A stretch of 64,000 nt of DNA from Eubacteriales bacterium (lineage in GTDB: Bacteria > Bacillota > Clostridia > Oscillospirales > UBA644): the NCBI GenBank assembly GCA_045603745.1, contig JAZUMQ010000003.1, positions 2,599 through 66,598 of the forward strand. Direction: 5' to 3'. This document shows, piece after piece, positions 10,388 to 19,866 of the stretch. The position numbers were made by a program, and so were the translations under genes. The notes beneath the pieces are model-generated. The model saw only the letters and a list, made by a program, of their open reading frames with translations, searched no databases and was not told the origin of the DNA. Position 1 is the first letter of the stretch; each line of letters begins with the position of its first letter.

Positions 10388-11539
10388 TTACATTTTTCGA
10401 CGGCGATTTCCGAACCGAAGAGTCAGATCGGGTTTCATGCGAACGCTTTGAGCAAGTCCAATAGCAAAAAAAGAAGAAAGAACCGATGAGCCACCGGCGC
10501 TGATGAAAGGCAACGTAACGCCGATAACGGGAGAAACTCCGATACACATTCCCACGTTCATTACAGATTGCACCGCAAACATTGCCGCAAGACCGAAACA
10601 GATGAGTTTTCCCGCATCGTCCTTGGCAAATTTCGCGCCGCGGGCAAGCAAAAATACTAAAAGAGTCAATAAAGCCAAGACAAAAAGACAACCAATGAAG
10701 CCGAATTCTTCTCCGATAACGGAATAGATAAAGTCGGTATGACTTTCGGGGAGCAATTCGTTTTGGGACTGAACGCCCTCTCCGTAACCAAGTCCGGTCA
10801 ATCCGCCGGACCCGATGGCGATCTTGGAAAGAATGGGCTGATAGCCGAAATCCAAAGGATCCAATTCCGGGTTAAGGCTAAACAAAATACGTTTTTTATG
10901 ATAATCTTTCAAGACAAAGTTCCAAAGAACCGGGAAGGCAGCAACCAATACCACACCGGAAAGCAGAAAATATCGATACTGCAAACCTGCCATGTAAAGA
11001 ATGACGACCAAAGTCCCGCAATAAACCAGTGCCGTTCCAAAATCCCCCTGAATGCAAATAGGAATAAAATAGGCAAAAAAGTGGAGGACCAAAAACGCGA
11101 GGGTGGAAATACGGTTCAACGAATCCGAAACCTTGGAAACGTGGGTAGAAAAGGTCAAAATAAAGGCAACCTTGGCAAATTCCGACGGTTGAACACTGAC
11201 AAATCCCAAATCGAGCCAGTTGGTATTTCCCCCGGAATAATTGCCGATGAACGCCGTGGCCAACAACACTGCGGCACAAATTCCAACGATGGGAACAGAA
11301 AAATGTCCCAAAAGAGAATAGTCGATCTTGGAGAAGATAAACACAATCAAAAGTCCGACACAAATACCGATGGTTTGAATCATCATATCGTGATCGTGAT
11401 TATTTCCTGCCGCGGTGGCGGTGTTGACGGCGGCAAGTCCAAAGCCGGCAAGCAAAAGGGCGACGAGCAGAAGCCCTTTGTCCAAGGAAGCAAAATACTC
11501 CGATACGGAGTACGAAAAATCACCCAAACGGCGCCTCAT
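10388..11539 (-). CDS. rodA: SEDS family protein (RodA/FtsW/SpoVE), RodA-like
   Basis: SVQPSEFAK, QGDFGTA, IAIGSGGLTGLG, LPESHTDFI, GVTLPFISAGGSS. Confidence 0.85.
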   Translation of the reverse strand: MRRRLGDFSYSVSEYFASLDKGLLLVALLLAGFGLAAVNTATAAGNNHDHDMMIQTIGICVGLLIVFIFSKIDYSLLGHFSVPIVGICAAVLLATAFIGNYSGGNTNWLDLGFVSVQPSEFAKVAFILTFSTHVSKVSDSLNRISTLAFLVLHFFAYFIPICIQGDFGTALVYCGTLVVILYMAGLQYRYFLLSGVVLVAAFPVLWNFVLKDYHKKRILFSLNPELDPLDFGYQPILSKIAIGSGGLTGLGYGEGVQSQNELLPESHTDFIYSVIGEEFGFIGCLFVLALLTLLVFLLARGAKFAKDDAGKLICFGLAAMFAVQSVMNVGMCIGVSPVIGVTLPFISAGGSSVLSSFFAIGLAQSVRMKPDLTLRFGNRRRKM

Positions 11540-11664
11540 ATAACGTCCCCTTTCTGTCTTAATAAGTATATTATAAAGGAATCAACGGCATTTGTCAAGA
11601 GTTTTTGGGGCATATTGCGGAATTATTCAAAATATAAATAAACATAACGCCTTTGGAGGAAAAT

Positions 11665-12261
11665 ATGAGAACAAAAGGGATAGAACAATTAAAACAATCC
11701 GCCATAATTACGTTGCTTCTTTTTGCGGGAACCATAGCGGGATTCGGAATCGTAGGTTTGATTCCGAAGGCAAACGATTCGGAAGTACCGACGGTAAAAA
11801 CAGAAGAACCGGCCTTTGCGGAAGAGGTGCTTGCCATTTTGCCGCAAGAAGAAACGGTGACGGTATTTTCCGGATTTCAAGCACCGTTGATAGGAACGAT
11901 TTCTTCCTCTTACGGATACCGAAGTGACCCCTTTTCGGAGGATATTCGCTATCACAAAGGCGTGGACGTGGCAGTTTCAGAGGGAACGGAAGTTTTTGCT
12001 ACCGCAAAAGGAACGGTGAAAGAATCGTCCTATAACAGAATCGGAGGGAATTACGTGGTGTTGGATCATGGAAACGGCATTGAAAGTTATTACGGACACC
12101 TACAGACCCGCACGGTTTCGGTGGGTGACACGGTGGATCAAGGGCAAGTCATTGGGCTTTCAGGAAGAACCGGGAAAGTTACCGGAGCCCATTTACATTT
12201 TCAACTTATATACAATCAACGGACGGTCGATCCGGAAAAATACATCGACCTGACGCCATGA
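11665..12261 (+). CDS. M23 family peptidase, SpoIVFA-like
   Basis: N-terminal TM; HKGVD, YGHL and HLHF M23 motifs; overlaps the start of an M50 protease gene. Confidence 0.8.
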   Translation: MRTKGIEQLKQSAIITLLLFAGTIAGFGIVGLIPKANDSEVPTVKTEEPAFAEEVLAILPQEETVTVFSGFQAPLIGTISSSYGYRSDPFSEDIRYHKGVDVAVSEGTEVFATAKGTVKESSYNRIGGNYVVLDHGNGIESYYGHLQTRTVSVGDTVDQGQVIGLSGRTGKVTGAHLHFQLIYNQRTVDPEKYIDLTP

Positions 12262-12848
12262 CCAGGTTCAAGATTCACCCGACGGTCTGTTTGGCGGCAT
12301 TATTTCCCTGCCTTGGAATTTTGACCTGGGGACAAACCGGCTTGCTTTGGCTTTCTGCCCTTTTGCACGAATTTGCCCACATCGTCGCTTATCGCATTTG
12401 CGGAACGAAGATGGAGCGGGTGGAGCTTCTCCCCTTCGGAATCTGTGCCATTCCAAAAAATCCGCTGAAGATCTCCCCTGCAAACGAAGTTTTTTGTGCG
12501 GCGGCAGGACCGACGGTTAATCTTGTGATTACATTGCTTCTTCTGGCGTTTCCTTTTCCGGCAGAAAGTGAAACGGTACGCTATTTTTTGTATTGCAACG
12601 GAGCACTGTTTTTTATCAATATTCTTCCGACCCTTCCCTTAGATGGGGGAAGAATCCTTTATTATGCGCTGGCGAGGAAATGGAATGCGGAAATTTGCGA
12701 AAAGGTTTGTTACCGATGTGGGTTGGTTTTATTGATTTTTCTCTTGTATCCGGTGTGTACAACGCTTTTTGCGGAAAAAAATCCTTCTTTAGCGATGATT
12801 TGGGGGTATTTGGCGATATATACGGTTCTTCGACGGGGTTCGATATGA
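12258..12848 (+). CDS. spoIVFB: site-2 (M50) protease, SpoIVFB-like
   Basis: LHEFAH, AAGPTVN, NILPTLPLDGGR. Confidence 0.75.
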   Translation: MTRFKIHPTVCLAALFPCLGILTWGQTGLLWLSALLHEFAHIVAYRICGTKMERVELLPFGICAIPKNPLKISPANEVFCAAAGPTVNLVITLLLLAFPFPAESETVRYFLYCNGALFFINILPTLPLDGGRILYYALARKWNAEICEKVCYRCGLVLLIFLLYPVCTTLFAEKNPSLAMIWGYLAIYTVLRRGSI

Positions 12849-12941
12849 ATTTTTTCCGACTTTTCGGCGAATGGGATTGCAAATATAAAAAAAATATGAT
12901 ATAATATAGTATCTATAAGCATCCTCGGGAGGTGAACCGGC

Positions 12942-13499
12942 TTGAGCGCACCCTTATCACTTCATCAAATCAAAGTTCTGATTCTCTATACCGTAGAGGG
13001 AACGCCGGGCCCCGTTCCCCGACACGTGATCGAGACGTCCCTTGCCCTGACTGATGCCAATATTTTTGCCATTCAAGAGGCATTGCACGATCTGATCGAA
13101 AATGAAAACCTGACCCAAAGAAACGACGAGAACGAAATCCCTTACCTGTTCTTGACGTCTCAAGGAAAAATCGTCATTGAACCGCTGAAAAAGGACGTAC
13201 CTCTTTCCTATCGGGAAAAGGCGTTGGCATATGCGGCGGCGGAAATGTCGAAATTACGGACGGAGATCGGCGTGGAAGCAACCGTTTCCCCGGTGGAACA
13301 CGGAAAAGACACCGAGTTTGCCTGCCATATCAATCTTTCCGACGAGGGAATCACCATGATGGGGCTGACTCTTTATTCTCCCAACAAATTACAGGCGGAA
13401 ATGATGGCAGAACGGTTCCGAAAGAACCCTTTGGAAATTTATCGCAAGGTTTTGCATATTATGACCGGCACCGACGAGCCGAATGACACGGAAAGGTAG
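12942..13499 (+). CDS. DUF4364 family protein
   Basis: IKVLILY..., LTSQGK, AEMMAERFRKNPLEIY pattern; TTG start with GGAGGT. Confidence 0.7.
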   Translation: MSAPLSLHQIKVLILYTVEGTPGPVPRHVIETSLALTDANIFAIQEALHDLIENENLTQRNDENEIPYLFLTSQGKIVIEPLKKDVPLSYREKALAYAAAEMSKLRTEIGVEATVSPVEHGKDTEFACHINLSDEGITMMGLTLYSPNKLQAEMMAERFRKNPLEIYRKVLHIMTGTDEPNDTER

Positions 13500-13510
13500 G
13501 AAACAACGGA

Positions 13511-14305
13511 ATGAAAAACGATAAACTGTTCCGGGAGACCCCCTTCAACGGTTACAAACGAGATGACGTTCTGAATTATATTGACGCCGTGGATCGGGCA
13601 CACCGGGAAGCAATGGACGAGCTGAACGACCGAATCCTCGAATTGAACGAACAACTGGCGGAGGCAGCCCGCAAAAACGAAGCATTGGAAAAGGAATTGG
13701 AGATCAAAACCGCCTTTGCCAGCGAAGCGGAAACTTTAAAAGATCAGTTGCAAGAAAAAGATGCTCAAATTGAAGAACTGATCGATCGTTGCCAGGAACT
13801 TTCGACCCAAACCGATGCGGTGGTTCAGAAGTGCGAAGAATTAACGGCTCAAATAGAAGCCGGAAAACAAGGATTTGCCTGCGAACGGTTACAGGACGGA
13901 GTTTGCACCGCAGTAACCGAAAAAGCGGAAAAAATCCTGAAGGAAGCGGAAGCCGAAGCGAACCGCAAGATCTCCGATGCGGAAGAACAGGCGTCCGGGA
14001 TTCTGCTACGCGCACGAATCGATGCTCAATCCATGATTACCGAAGCGGAAGGTCAGACCGAAGCTTTGGCACAACAGGTTTCTGACGAAGCCCATGAGAT
14101 CATTACCATGACCGTAAGAGAGGCCAAAGAAATCATCAGTGCGGCAAAAGCACAAGGAAGTGTCATTCTTTCCGATTCTGCCCGCTCCATCGGTAAGATC
14201 AAAGGAAACCTTTCCTCCATGCAACTGGTGGTTAAAAATATAGAAAATGAACTGAAATCCGCAAAGGAATCCCTTTCGGACAACGTTTTGAAAAGAGAGG
14301 ATTGA
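13511..14305 (+). CDS. DivIVA-like coiled-coil protein
   Basis: N-terminal FRETPFNGYKRDDVLNYID (DivIVA-like) followed by long heptad repeats. Confidence 0.7.
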   Translation: MKNDKLFRETPFNGYKRDDVLNYIDAVDRAHREAMDELNDRILELNEQLAEAARKNEALEKELEIKTAFASEAETLKDQLQEKDAQIEELIDRCQELSTQTDAVVQKCEELTAQIEAGKQGFACERLQDGVCTAVTEKAEKILKEAEAEANRKISDAEEQASGILLRARIDAQSMITEAEGQTEALAQQVSDEAHEIITMTVREAKEIISAAKAQGSVILSDSARSIGKIKGNLSSMQLVVKNIENELKSAKESLSDNVLKRED

Positions 14306-14310
14306 TTTCT

Positions 14311-14418
14311 ATGAATAAAAAAACAAAACTTGCCGTTCGTATTATTTGCCTGATTCTTGCGGCGGCTATGGTAGTTTCCCTTGCCTATACCCTGTTCTAC
14401 TTTATTTTCATGGTATAA
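14311..14418 (+). CDS. 35-aa single-pass membrane mini-protein (DUF4044/Prli42-like); not in ORF track
   Basis: MNKKTKLAVRIICLILAAAMVVSLAYTLFYFIFMV*; AGAGG RBS; terminator immediately downstream. Confidence 0.7.
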   Translation: MNKKTKLAVRIICLILAAAMVVSLAYTLFYFIFMV

Positions 14419-14440
14419 TTTTGGCAACGGAAAAGACGGA

Positions 14441-14478
14441 AAAGAATGCTTTGCGAAGTGCAAAGCAGTCTTTTTTTT
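14441..14478. terminator. intrinsic terminator
   Basis: AAAGAaTGCTTTGC-GAAGT-GCAAAGCAgTCTTTTTTTT. Confidence 0.8.
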
Positions 14479-14482
14479 ACGG

Positions 14483-15040
14483 TTAAAAGATTTTATTGAC
14501 GCTTCCCTTGAACATGGTAATCTCGCCGGGAAGATCGCCATCGGAAGGAAGGGATTCATAAATTTTGAACCCGTTGCGTTCCAAAGCTTTTTTGGCGCGC
14601 TCATTATAATCGAAAATTCCATAGGCAAAAAGATGGGAGCAGGACGTATTTTCAAAAGAAAAGCGGCACAAAAGTCCAATGGCACGGCTACCGTAGGTTT
14701 TCCCCCAAAACTCCGGTTCTCCGATCATAATATCCAACCGACGACAATCGGTGGAACTTCCCAGAGGCTCGGGAAATGGGGATTTTATGGGTTGTAAACG
14801 GCATTCCCCAATCTCGTTGCCTTCCACAGAAATCATGAAACAATCGGCTTTTTGGGAGAGAGAGGCGTACATAGACGCGACTTCTTCTTCCGTATAGGGA
14901 TCCACATCGCCCTCGCTGAAATGAAGAACATCGGGATCGGCATTCCATTTTGCCAACAGTGGAAGATCTTCATCGGTCATCGGGCGAAGGGTAACGATGC
15001 CGTCGGTAAAAGTTTTGGTATGGGGGCGAATTAGGGACAT
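14483..15040 (-). CDS. GNAT (RimJ/RimL-like) N-acetyltransferase
   Basis: LRPMTDEDL, IGEPEFWGKTYG, NERAKKALERNGF. Confidence 0.88.
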   Translation of the reverse strand: MSLIRPHTKTFTDGIVTLRPMTDEDLPLLAKWNADPDVLHFSEGDVDPYTEEEVASMYASLSQKADCFMISVEGNEIGECRLQPIKSPFPEPLGSSTDCRRLDIMIGEPEFWGKTYGSRAIGLLCRFSFENTSCSHLFAYGIFDYNERAKKALERNGFKIYESLPSDGDLPGEITMFKGSVNKIF

Positions 15041-15058
15041 AAAATTCTCCTTTTTGGG

Positions 15059-15093
15059 AAAAAATCCAAGGATCTTGTGATCCTTGGATTTTT
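15059..15093 (-). terminator. intrinsic terminator
   Basis: AAAAATCCAAGGATC-TTGT-GATCCTTGGATTTTT perfect inverted repeat just downstream of the G5/3D gene. Confidence 0.8.
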
Positions 15094-15106
15094 GTTTACA
15101 ATCGAT

Positions 15107-16114
15107 TCAAGAGCCGGCACTGATGACATACACCGTTCCCTGCTGACGACCGAAATAAGAACAGTCGGTGCGGGAAGGCAAAAACACGTCAACGATATTG
15201 CCCTTGATGGCGCCACCGGTATCTTTGGCATAGCAATAACCGTAAATAAAGCCGTTATCCAGAACCACGTAGAGGTAGGAATGCATAGGAATTACCTTTG
15301 GATCTACCGCAACGTATCCAACTTTGGCTTTTGCGCCGGAGGCTGTGAGGGAAGGACCGGATCTGTTGTAACTGTACGCGGTAAACTCACAATCCAACTT
15401 TTTGACGTAGTTGGTGGGAGCGCCGCCGCCCAGATTCAAAAGATGAGACGCATTCACATAGACGACCGCGTCCGTCGGCTCCTTAATTACCTTGGAAGAA
15501 ATTTTTGTGGTTTCAACGACTTCGCCGTTGACCAGCTTTTTCTTAACGGTAATTTCGCGGATACCGGGAGCTCCTACCGTATTCTTCAGCCGAGAAGCAT
15601 ACTTATCCTTAAGGTTCTTGGGCAAAGAAGAAGATAAGGCATAGCTCATCAGGACTTGCTTCGTCTCAAATGGAATGGATTCCTGTACGGTCTCTTCCTT
15701 GTAGGTCACGCGACCTACTTCGACGGACATATCAGGCTGCAACTCCAGGGACAGGTCGTAATTGATCGTATCTTCCGCATTGAGATAAACGTCGTTGCGG
15801 TAAAGAAGGTCAAGGACGGTCTGTTGGTCTTCCTTGTCGTAGCAATGAGTATACTCTTTGCCATCGACTTTCAGGTGGACGAGATAGGAGTTATTTCCGC
15901 TGACGACGATCTCTTCGGGTTCTTCGTCGTTAGAAAACCAGGTGATCTGTCCGAGCAAACCTTCGGAGGCGTCAGAGTTCTGTTCTGCCGCGAGCATCAC
16001 GATGCCGCAAACCAACATCAGAACCACCGTCGTTATCAGCGACACGAGAGAGATCAACACTCTCCGGTCGGACAGAACGGTTCGCCAACGAACGTTTCTG
16101 GGAATTATCTTCAT
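15107..16114 (-). CDS. YabE/Sps-like cell-wall protein (TM, DUF348, G5, 3D domains)
   Basis: TAYS...LTASG, VAVDPKVIP, AKDTGGAIKGNIVDVF 3D motifs; G5 region. Confidence 0.88.
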   Translation of the reverse strand: MKIIPRNVRWRTVLSDRRVLISLVSLITTVVLMLVCGIVMLAAEQNSDASEGLLGQITWFSNDEEPEEIVVSGNNSYLVHLKVDGKEYTHCYDKEDQQTVLDLLYRNDVYLNAEDTINYDLSLELQPDMSVEVGRVTYKEETVQESIPFETKQVLMSYALSSSLPKNLKDKYASRLKNTVGAPGIREITVKKKLVNGEVVETTKISSKVIKEPTDAVVYVNASHLLNLGGGAPTNYVKKLDCEFTAYSYNRSGPSLTASGAKAKVGYVAVDPKVIPMHSYLYVVLDNGFIYGYCYAKDTGGAIKGNIVDVFLPSRTDCSYFGRQQGTVYVISAGS

Positions 16115-16125
16115 TGAAACACCAC

Positions 16126-16317
16126 CGTAGTAATTGTTTTGTCACGATCTATATAAACCTGCCGGCCGGGAAACCGGCACGGACAGGGGTATAATCATTG
16201 CAACCAGGTCGAAGGGCTTGGTCCAACCCAATTACTATGTATATGTACCGAAGATCGGTGGTATGATCCCGATACATTGCAGAAAGTATCTTACGATACC
16301 AGATCCTCTGCGAGGAT
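16126..16317. ncRNA. candidate structured non-coding element (unassigned)
   Basis: Nested inverted repeats; see findings. Confidence 0.35.
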
Positions 16318-16319
16318 AA

Positions 16320-16724
16320 TCAGCGCTTGGAGAACTGAGGTGCGCGACGAGCAGCCTTCAAGCCGTACTTCTTTCTTTCCTTCATACGAGGATCACGGGT
16401 GAGAAGACCAGCCTTCTTAAGGGTAGCTTTGTAAGCTTCTGCATCGATCTTGACCATAGCGCGGGCAAGGCCGTGACGAATGGCGCCTGCCTGACCGGAA
16501 ACACCGCCGCCTACAACCTTAACGACAAGGTCGAACTTACCGATGGTTTCGGTGAGAGCCATAGGCTGACGAACGATGAGTTTCAACGTTTCGAGACCGA
16601 AGTAATCATCGATGTCTCTGCCGTTGATGGTGATTTTGCCGGTACCTTCGTAAACGCGAACGCTGGCAACGGACTTCTTTCTTCTACCGGTACCGTACTG
16701 GTACTCTTTTTTGGAAGTATACAT
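16320..16724 (-). CDS. rpsI: 30S ribosomal protein S9
   Basis: [14 protein letters not shown]...[19 protein letters not shown]. Confidence 0.98.
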   Translation of the reverse strand: MYTSKKEYQYGTGRRKKSVASVRVYEGTGKITINGRDIDDYFGLETLKLIVRQPMALTETIGKFDLVVKVVGGGVSGQAGAIRHGLARAMVKIDAEAYKATLKKAGLLTRDPRMKERKKYGLKAARRAPQFSKR

Positions 16725-16741
16725 TCTCATTATCCCCCTAA

Positions 16742-17173
16742 TCAGTCAAGATTATAAACTTCGGGCTTTTGTGCCTGATGTTTGTGTTCGCTTCCACGGT
16801 AAACTCTCAAACGAGTCATCGCATTCCGTCCGATGGTGGTAGCGGGAAGCATACCCTTAACGGCGCGTTCAAAAGCGAATTCGGGGTTTTCTTGCATCAA
16901 GGTCGCGTACTGAACTTCCTTCAGACCGCCAACCCAACCGGTGTGATGACGATAATACTTATCAGTCAACTTTTTGCCGGTGAGAATTACTTTTTCGGCG
17001 TTGAGGACGATAACGTGATCGCCGCAATCAACGTGAGGGGTGTAGGTGGGCTTATGTTTGCCCTTCAGGATTTTCGCCACTTCGCTAGCAACGCGGCCCA
17101 AGGGCTTGTTTGCAGCGTCGACGATGTACCATTTGCGATCCATTTCGGTCGCTTTCGCCATAAATGTTGCCAT
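16742..17173 (-). CDS. rplM: 50S ribosomal protein L13
   Basis: [25 protein letters not shown]; GGAGG RBS. Confidence 0.98.
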   Translation of the reverse strand: MATFMAKATEMDRKWYIVDAANKPLGRVASEVAKILKGKHKPTYTPHVDCGDHVIVLNAEKVILTGKKLTDKYYRHHTGWVGGLKEVQYATLMQENPEFAFERAVKGMLPATTIGRNAMTRLRVYRGSEHKHQAQKPEVYNLD

Positions 17174-17229
17174 GACTAGCATCCTCCGTAATCATTCTAT
17201 GTCAGAATGGTATTTTTTTCAGCCTGACT

Positions 17230-17258
17230 ATTATATCACAAGAGGGTGAATTTGTCAA
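17230..17258 (-). promoter_or_regulatory. sigma-A promoter of rplM-rpsI
   Basis: TTGACA-17-TATAAT with extended -10 TG. Confidence 0.85.
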
Positions 17259-17337
17259 TAGTTTTTTGAAAATTTTTTAATTTACACATTCCGAACTTTG
17301 TTTTTCTTTCGTTTTCTTTGTTTTTCTTTCGTTTTCT

Positions 17338-19086
17338 TTAATCGCAATTCTTATTTTTCAATCGATTGCACAATGCACCATCGGGATTCACGTAGGCAGT
17401 GCGGTAGGTTTCGTAAACAACCATCCCCGGTTTTGCTCCGGCAGGTTTGCGAAGATTTCGCACTTCCGTATAATCCACGGCAACGTTATCCCCTTCCCGA
17501 AGACTGCTATTGGTCGCGGCGATAATTGCCGCCTCGGTCATCGCTTCGTTGGTAGGTGATTTTCCGTCCAAAACAAGGATCGTATGGCTTCCGGGAGAAT
17601 TCTTGACGTGGAACCAAATATCCCGACGGTCTGCGGTGTGCAAGGTCAAGGTATCGTTTTGGAGATTATTCCGCCCACACAAAACGGTATAACCGTCTGA
17701 GGTGGTATAACGTAAGGGTTTGGATTGTTCCCGATCTTTGCCCTGACGTTTGGAAGCGGCTTTCCGCAAATACCCCTGCCCTGCCAACTCCCGACGAAGG
17801 TCGGTCAATTCCGCCAATCCGGTAGCTCTGGTCAAAATATCAGAAACGGAATGCAGATACTCCAATTCGGAGACAGCCAGATCGATCTGTTCTTGAAGAA
17901 CATTTTTTGCCGTTTGCGCCTTTTTATATTTTTTGTAATAGATTTGAGCATTTCGGCTGGCAGACAGGGAGGGATCGAGGGGAATTTTCAGGTCTGCCGG
18001 AGGATCTTTGGAATAATCGGGAAGAACTACGGAAGATTCGTGCCCTTTGAATATATATAGGTTGGAAAGAATCAAATCACCGAAAATTTTAAATTCTTCT
18101 GCTCGGGCACTGTCTGCCAATTCGGCACGCTGAATTTCGATTTTTCGAGAAAGGCGGGCGATGGCGGTAGAGATTAATTTGGAAATATCCGCAGAATGGC
18201 GACGAATATGCTCTATCGTATCTTTCTCGGAGTAATAGGCGTCCATAGCGGCAGAGCAAGTGTCGTAGGACTGGCAAGAATATGCCGAACCATATTGATT
18301 GATGGGGAAACAATAAAAGTCTTTTGGGGTCTCCCCTTTCAAAGCCGTAGGCATATAGGATTTGGAAAGAATTTTTTCTTTTAAATTTGCTATCGCTTGG
18401 GAGAGAGCATCAACACCGCCTTGGGGTTGCAACGACAGATCGGCATCGCAAACACCGAATGCCTGATAGGAAAGTTCCCGGGAAAGGAGCGGAGAAAATC
18501 CCTCGAAACGGTTGGTTAAAAAGCGATCGGAACGCTCTTCTCCATCGGGAATGGGAAAGGTGTAATCGTCGAGAATTGAAATTTTATTCTGCGATGGGGG
18601 GAATTCGTAGGTAACGCCGGGCAAAATTCTGCGAGGAGAGGAAGAAGAAAGATCCACCTGACGCAGAGCGTCAAAAATCTTTCCGTTTCCGTCGGTTAAG
18701 ATCAAATTGCTTGCCCGCCCCATGATTTCGATGATCAGGCGTTTTTCTACCGCTTCATAGAAATCGTTTTTACAATCGAACCGCAAAATCAAAACCCGCT
18801 CCAATCCCGGTTGTACCGCCTCGATCAGGCGGGCGGAGGCAAGGTGTTTTCGCAAAAGCATGCAAAAATTGGGAGCGTAAGCGGGATTTTCCTTAGGGTA
18901 TCCGATCCATTGTACGCGGGGAGAAGTTGCGTTTGCCGACAAGAGCAACCGACGGTTCTCTCCTTTAGAATAGAAATATAAAACTACTTCGTCCCGCTCC
19001 GGTTGTGTGATACGATCCAGACGAGCCCCTGCGTGCTCCGACAGTTCGTCCCTCAGGGCGTGAAGCATAATTCCGTCAATAGGCAT
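17338..19086 (-). CDS. rqcH: Rqc2/RqcH (NFACT, FbpA-like) ribosome quality-control factor
   Basis: MPIDG, FCMLLRKHL, EIMGRASN, GRNNLQND, WFHVKNSPGSH, KPGMVVY. Confidence 0.92.
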   Translation of the reverse strand: MPIDGIMLHALRDELSEHAGARLDRITQPERDEVVLYFYSKGENRRLLLSANATSPRVQWIGYPKENPAYAPNFCMLLRKHLASARLIEAVQPGLERVLILRFDCKNDFYEAVEKRLIIEIMGRASNLILTDGNGKIFDALRQVDLSSSSPRRILPGVTYEFPPSQNKISILDDYTFPIPDGEERSDRFLTNRFEGFSPLLSRELSYQAFGVCDADLSLQPQGGVDALSQAIANLKEKILSKSYMPTALKGETPKDFYCFPINQYGSAYSCQSYDTCSAAMDAYYSEKDTIEHIRRHSADISKLISTAIARLSRKIEIQRAELADSARAEEFKIFGDLILSNLYIFKGHESSVVLPDYSKDPPADLKIPLDPSLSASRNAQIYYKKYKKAQTAKNVLQEQIDLAVSELEYLHSVSDILTRATGLAELTDLRRELAGQGYLRKAASKRQGKDREQSKPLRYTTSDGYTVLCGRNNLQNDTLTLHTADRRDIWFHVKNSPGSHTILVLDGKSPTNEAMTEAAIIAATNSSLREGDNVAVDYTEVRNLRKPAGAKPGMVVYETYRTAYVNPDGALCNRLKNKNCD

Positions 19087-19107
19087 AGAAAAACAGATTC
19101 CTCCGGA

Positions 19108-19866
19108 TTATACAGAAAGTACGGGGTTTTCAAAGGACGAATAGACGATCTCCAGATCGGGATCGGCTTCTTTCAACCATTGTTCCAGCACCGGAAGGAC
19201 GATGACTTCCGTGGCAAAGTGCCCGGCTTCAATGAGGTTGATCCCCGCTTGGGCGGCTTCGAGAAAATGATGGTATTTTGCCTCTCCGGTCAAGAGCGTA
19301 TCAAACTCCGTTCCGACAAGAGACTCCCACATATCCCCTCCGGAACCGCTGCAAAGAGCGACTTTGTGCACCGGACGGCCACCGTCAGCATAGCGCAGGT
19401 TGTTGGCGTGAAGCGTTTCTTTGAGTTTTGCGGCGTATTCCGTCAAGGGCATTTCGGCAGGCAAAACTCCTTTTCGGCTGACAAAAGAAGGATCGTCACC
19501 GCTCCAGGGTTCAATGTCGGTTAGCCAAGCGGCTTTTGCCAAAACGTCGTTAACGCCCCCTTCTGCCATATCCAAATTGGTATGGGCGGCGACGGCGGCA
19601 ATTCCTTTTTCGATCAGGCGATAGACCCGATCGGCGGGAGAAAATGCCTTTTGCGCCGTAAAAAGTGCCGGGTGGTGAGTCAAGATCAAATCCACGTTCT
19701 GTGCCTCGGCTTCATCGATAACGGAATAGGTAATATCCAAAGAAAGCATGACCTTGCCAATCTCCCGATTCGGGTCTCCGCAAAGGATTCCGGCATTGTC
19801 AAAGGAAAGGGCGGTGGAAAAGGGGGCATGGCGGTCAAGAACCGAAACAAGGTCAATGAGTTTCAT
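19108..19866 (-). CDS. Nif3-like dinuclear metal center protein
   Basis: DNAG, LTHHP, AHTNLD, SGSG, TGEAKYH, AGHFATE. Confidence 0.92.
   Translation of the reverse strand: MKLIDLVSVLDRHAPFSTALSFDNAGILCGDPNREIGKVMLSLDITYSVIDEAEAQNVDLILTHHPALFTAQKAFSPADRVYRLIEKGIAAVAAHTNLDMAEGGVNDVLAKAAWLTDIEPWSGDDPSFVSRKGVLPAEMPLTEYAAKLKETLHANNLRYADGGRPVHKVALCSGSGGDMWESLVGTEFDTLLTGEAKYHHFLEAAQAGINLIEAGHFATEVIVLPVLEQWLKEADPDLEIVYSSFENPVLSV

Noticed and set aside
16115-16319. c-di-AMP (ydaO) riboswitch before the 3D-domain gene
   Set aside because: Plausible from context, but the GCGGGGGA, GGGGUGAAU and CCGUCAGCUAACC consensus blocks are absent.
17297-17340. (GTTTTCTTT)n-like low-complexity tract
   Set aside because: A short T-rich run just past the rqcH stop and upstream of the rplM promoter; best read as an AT-rich UP or spacer region.
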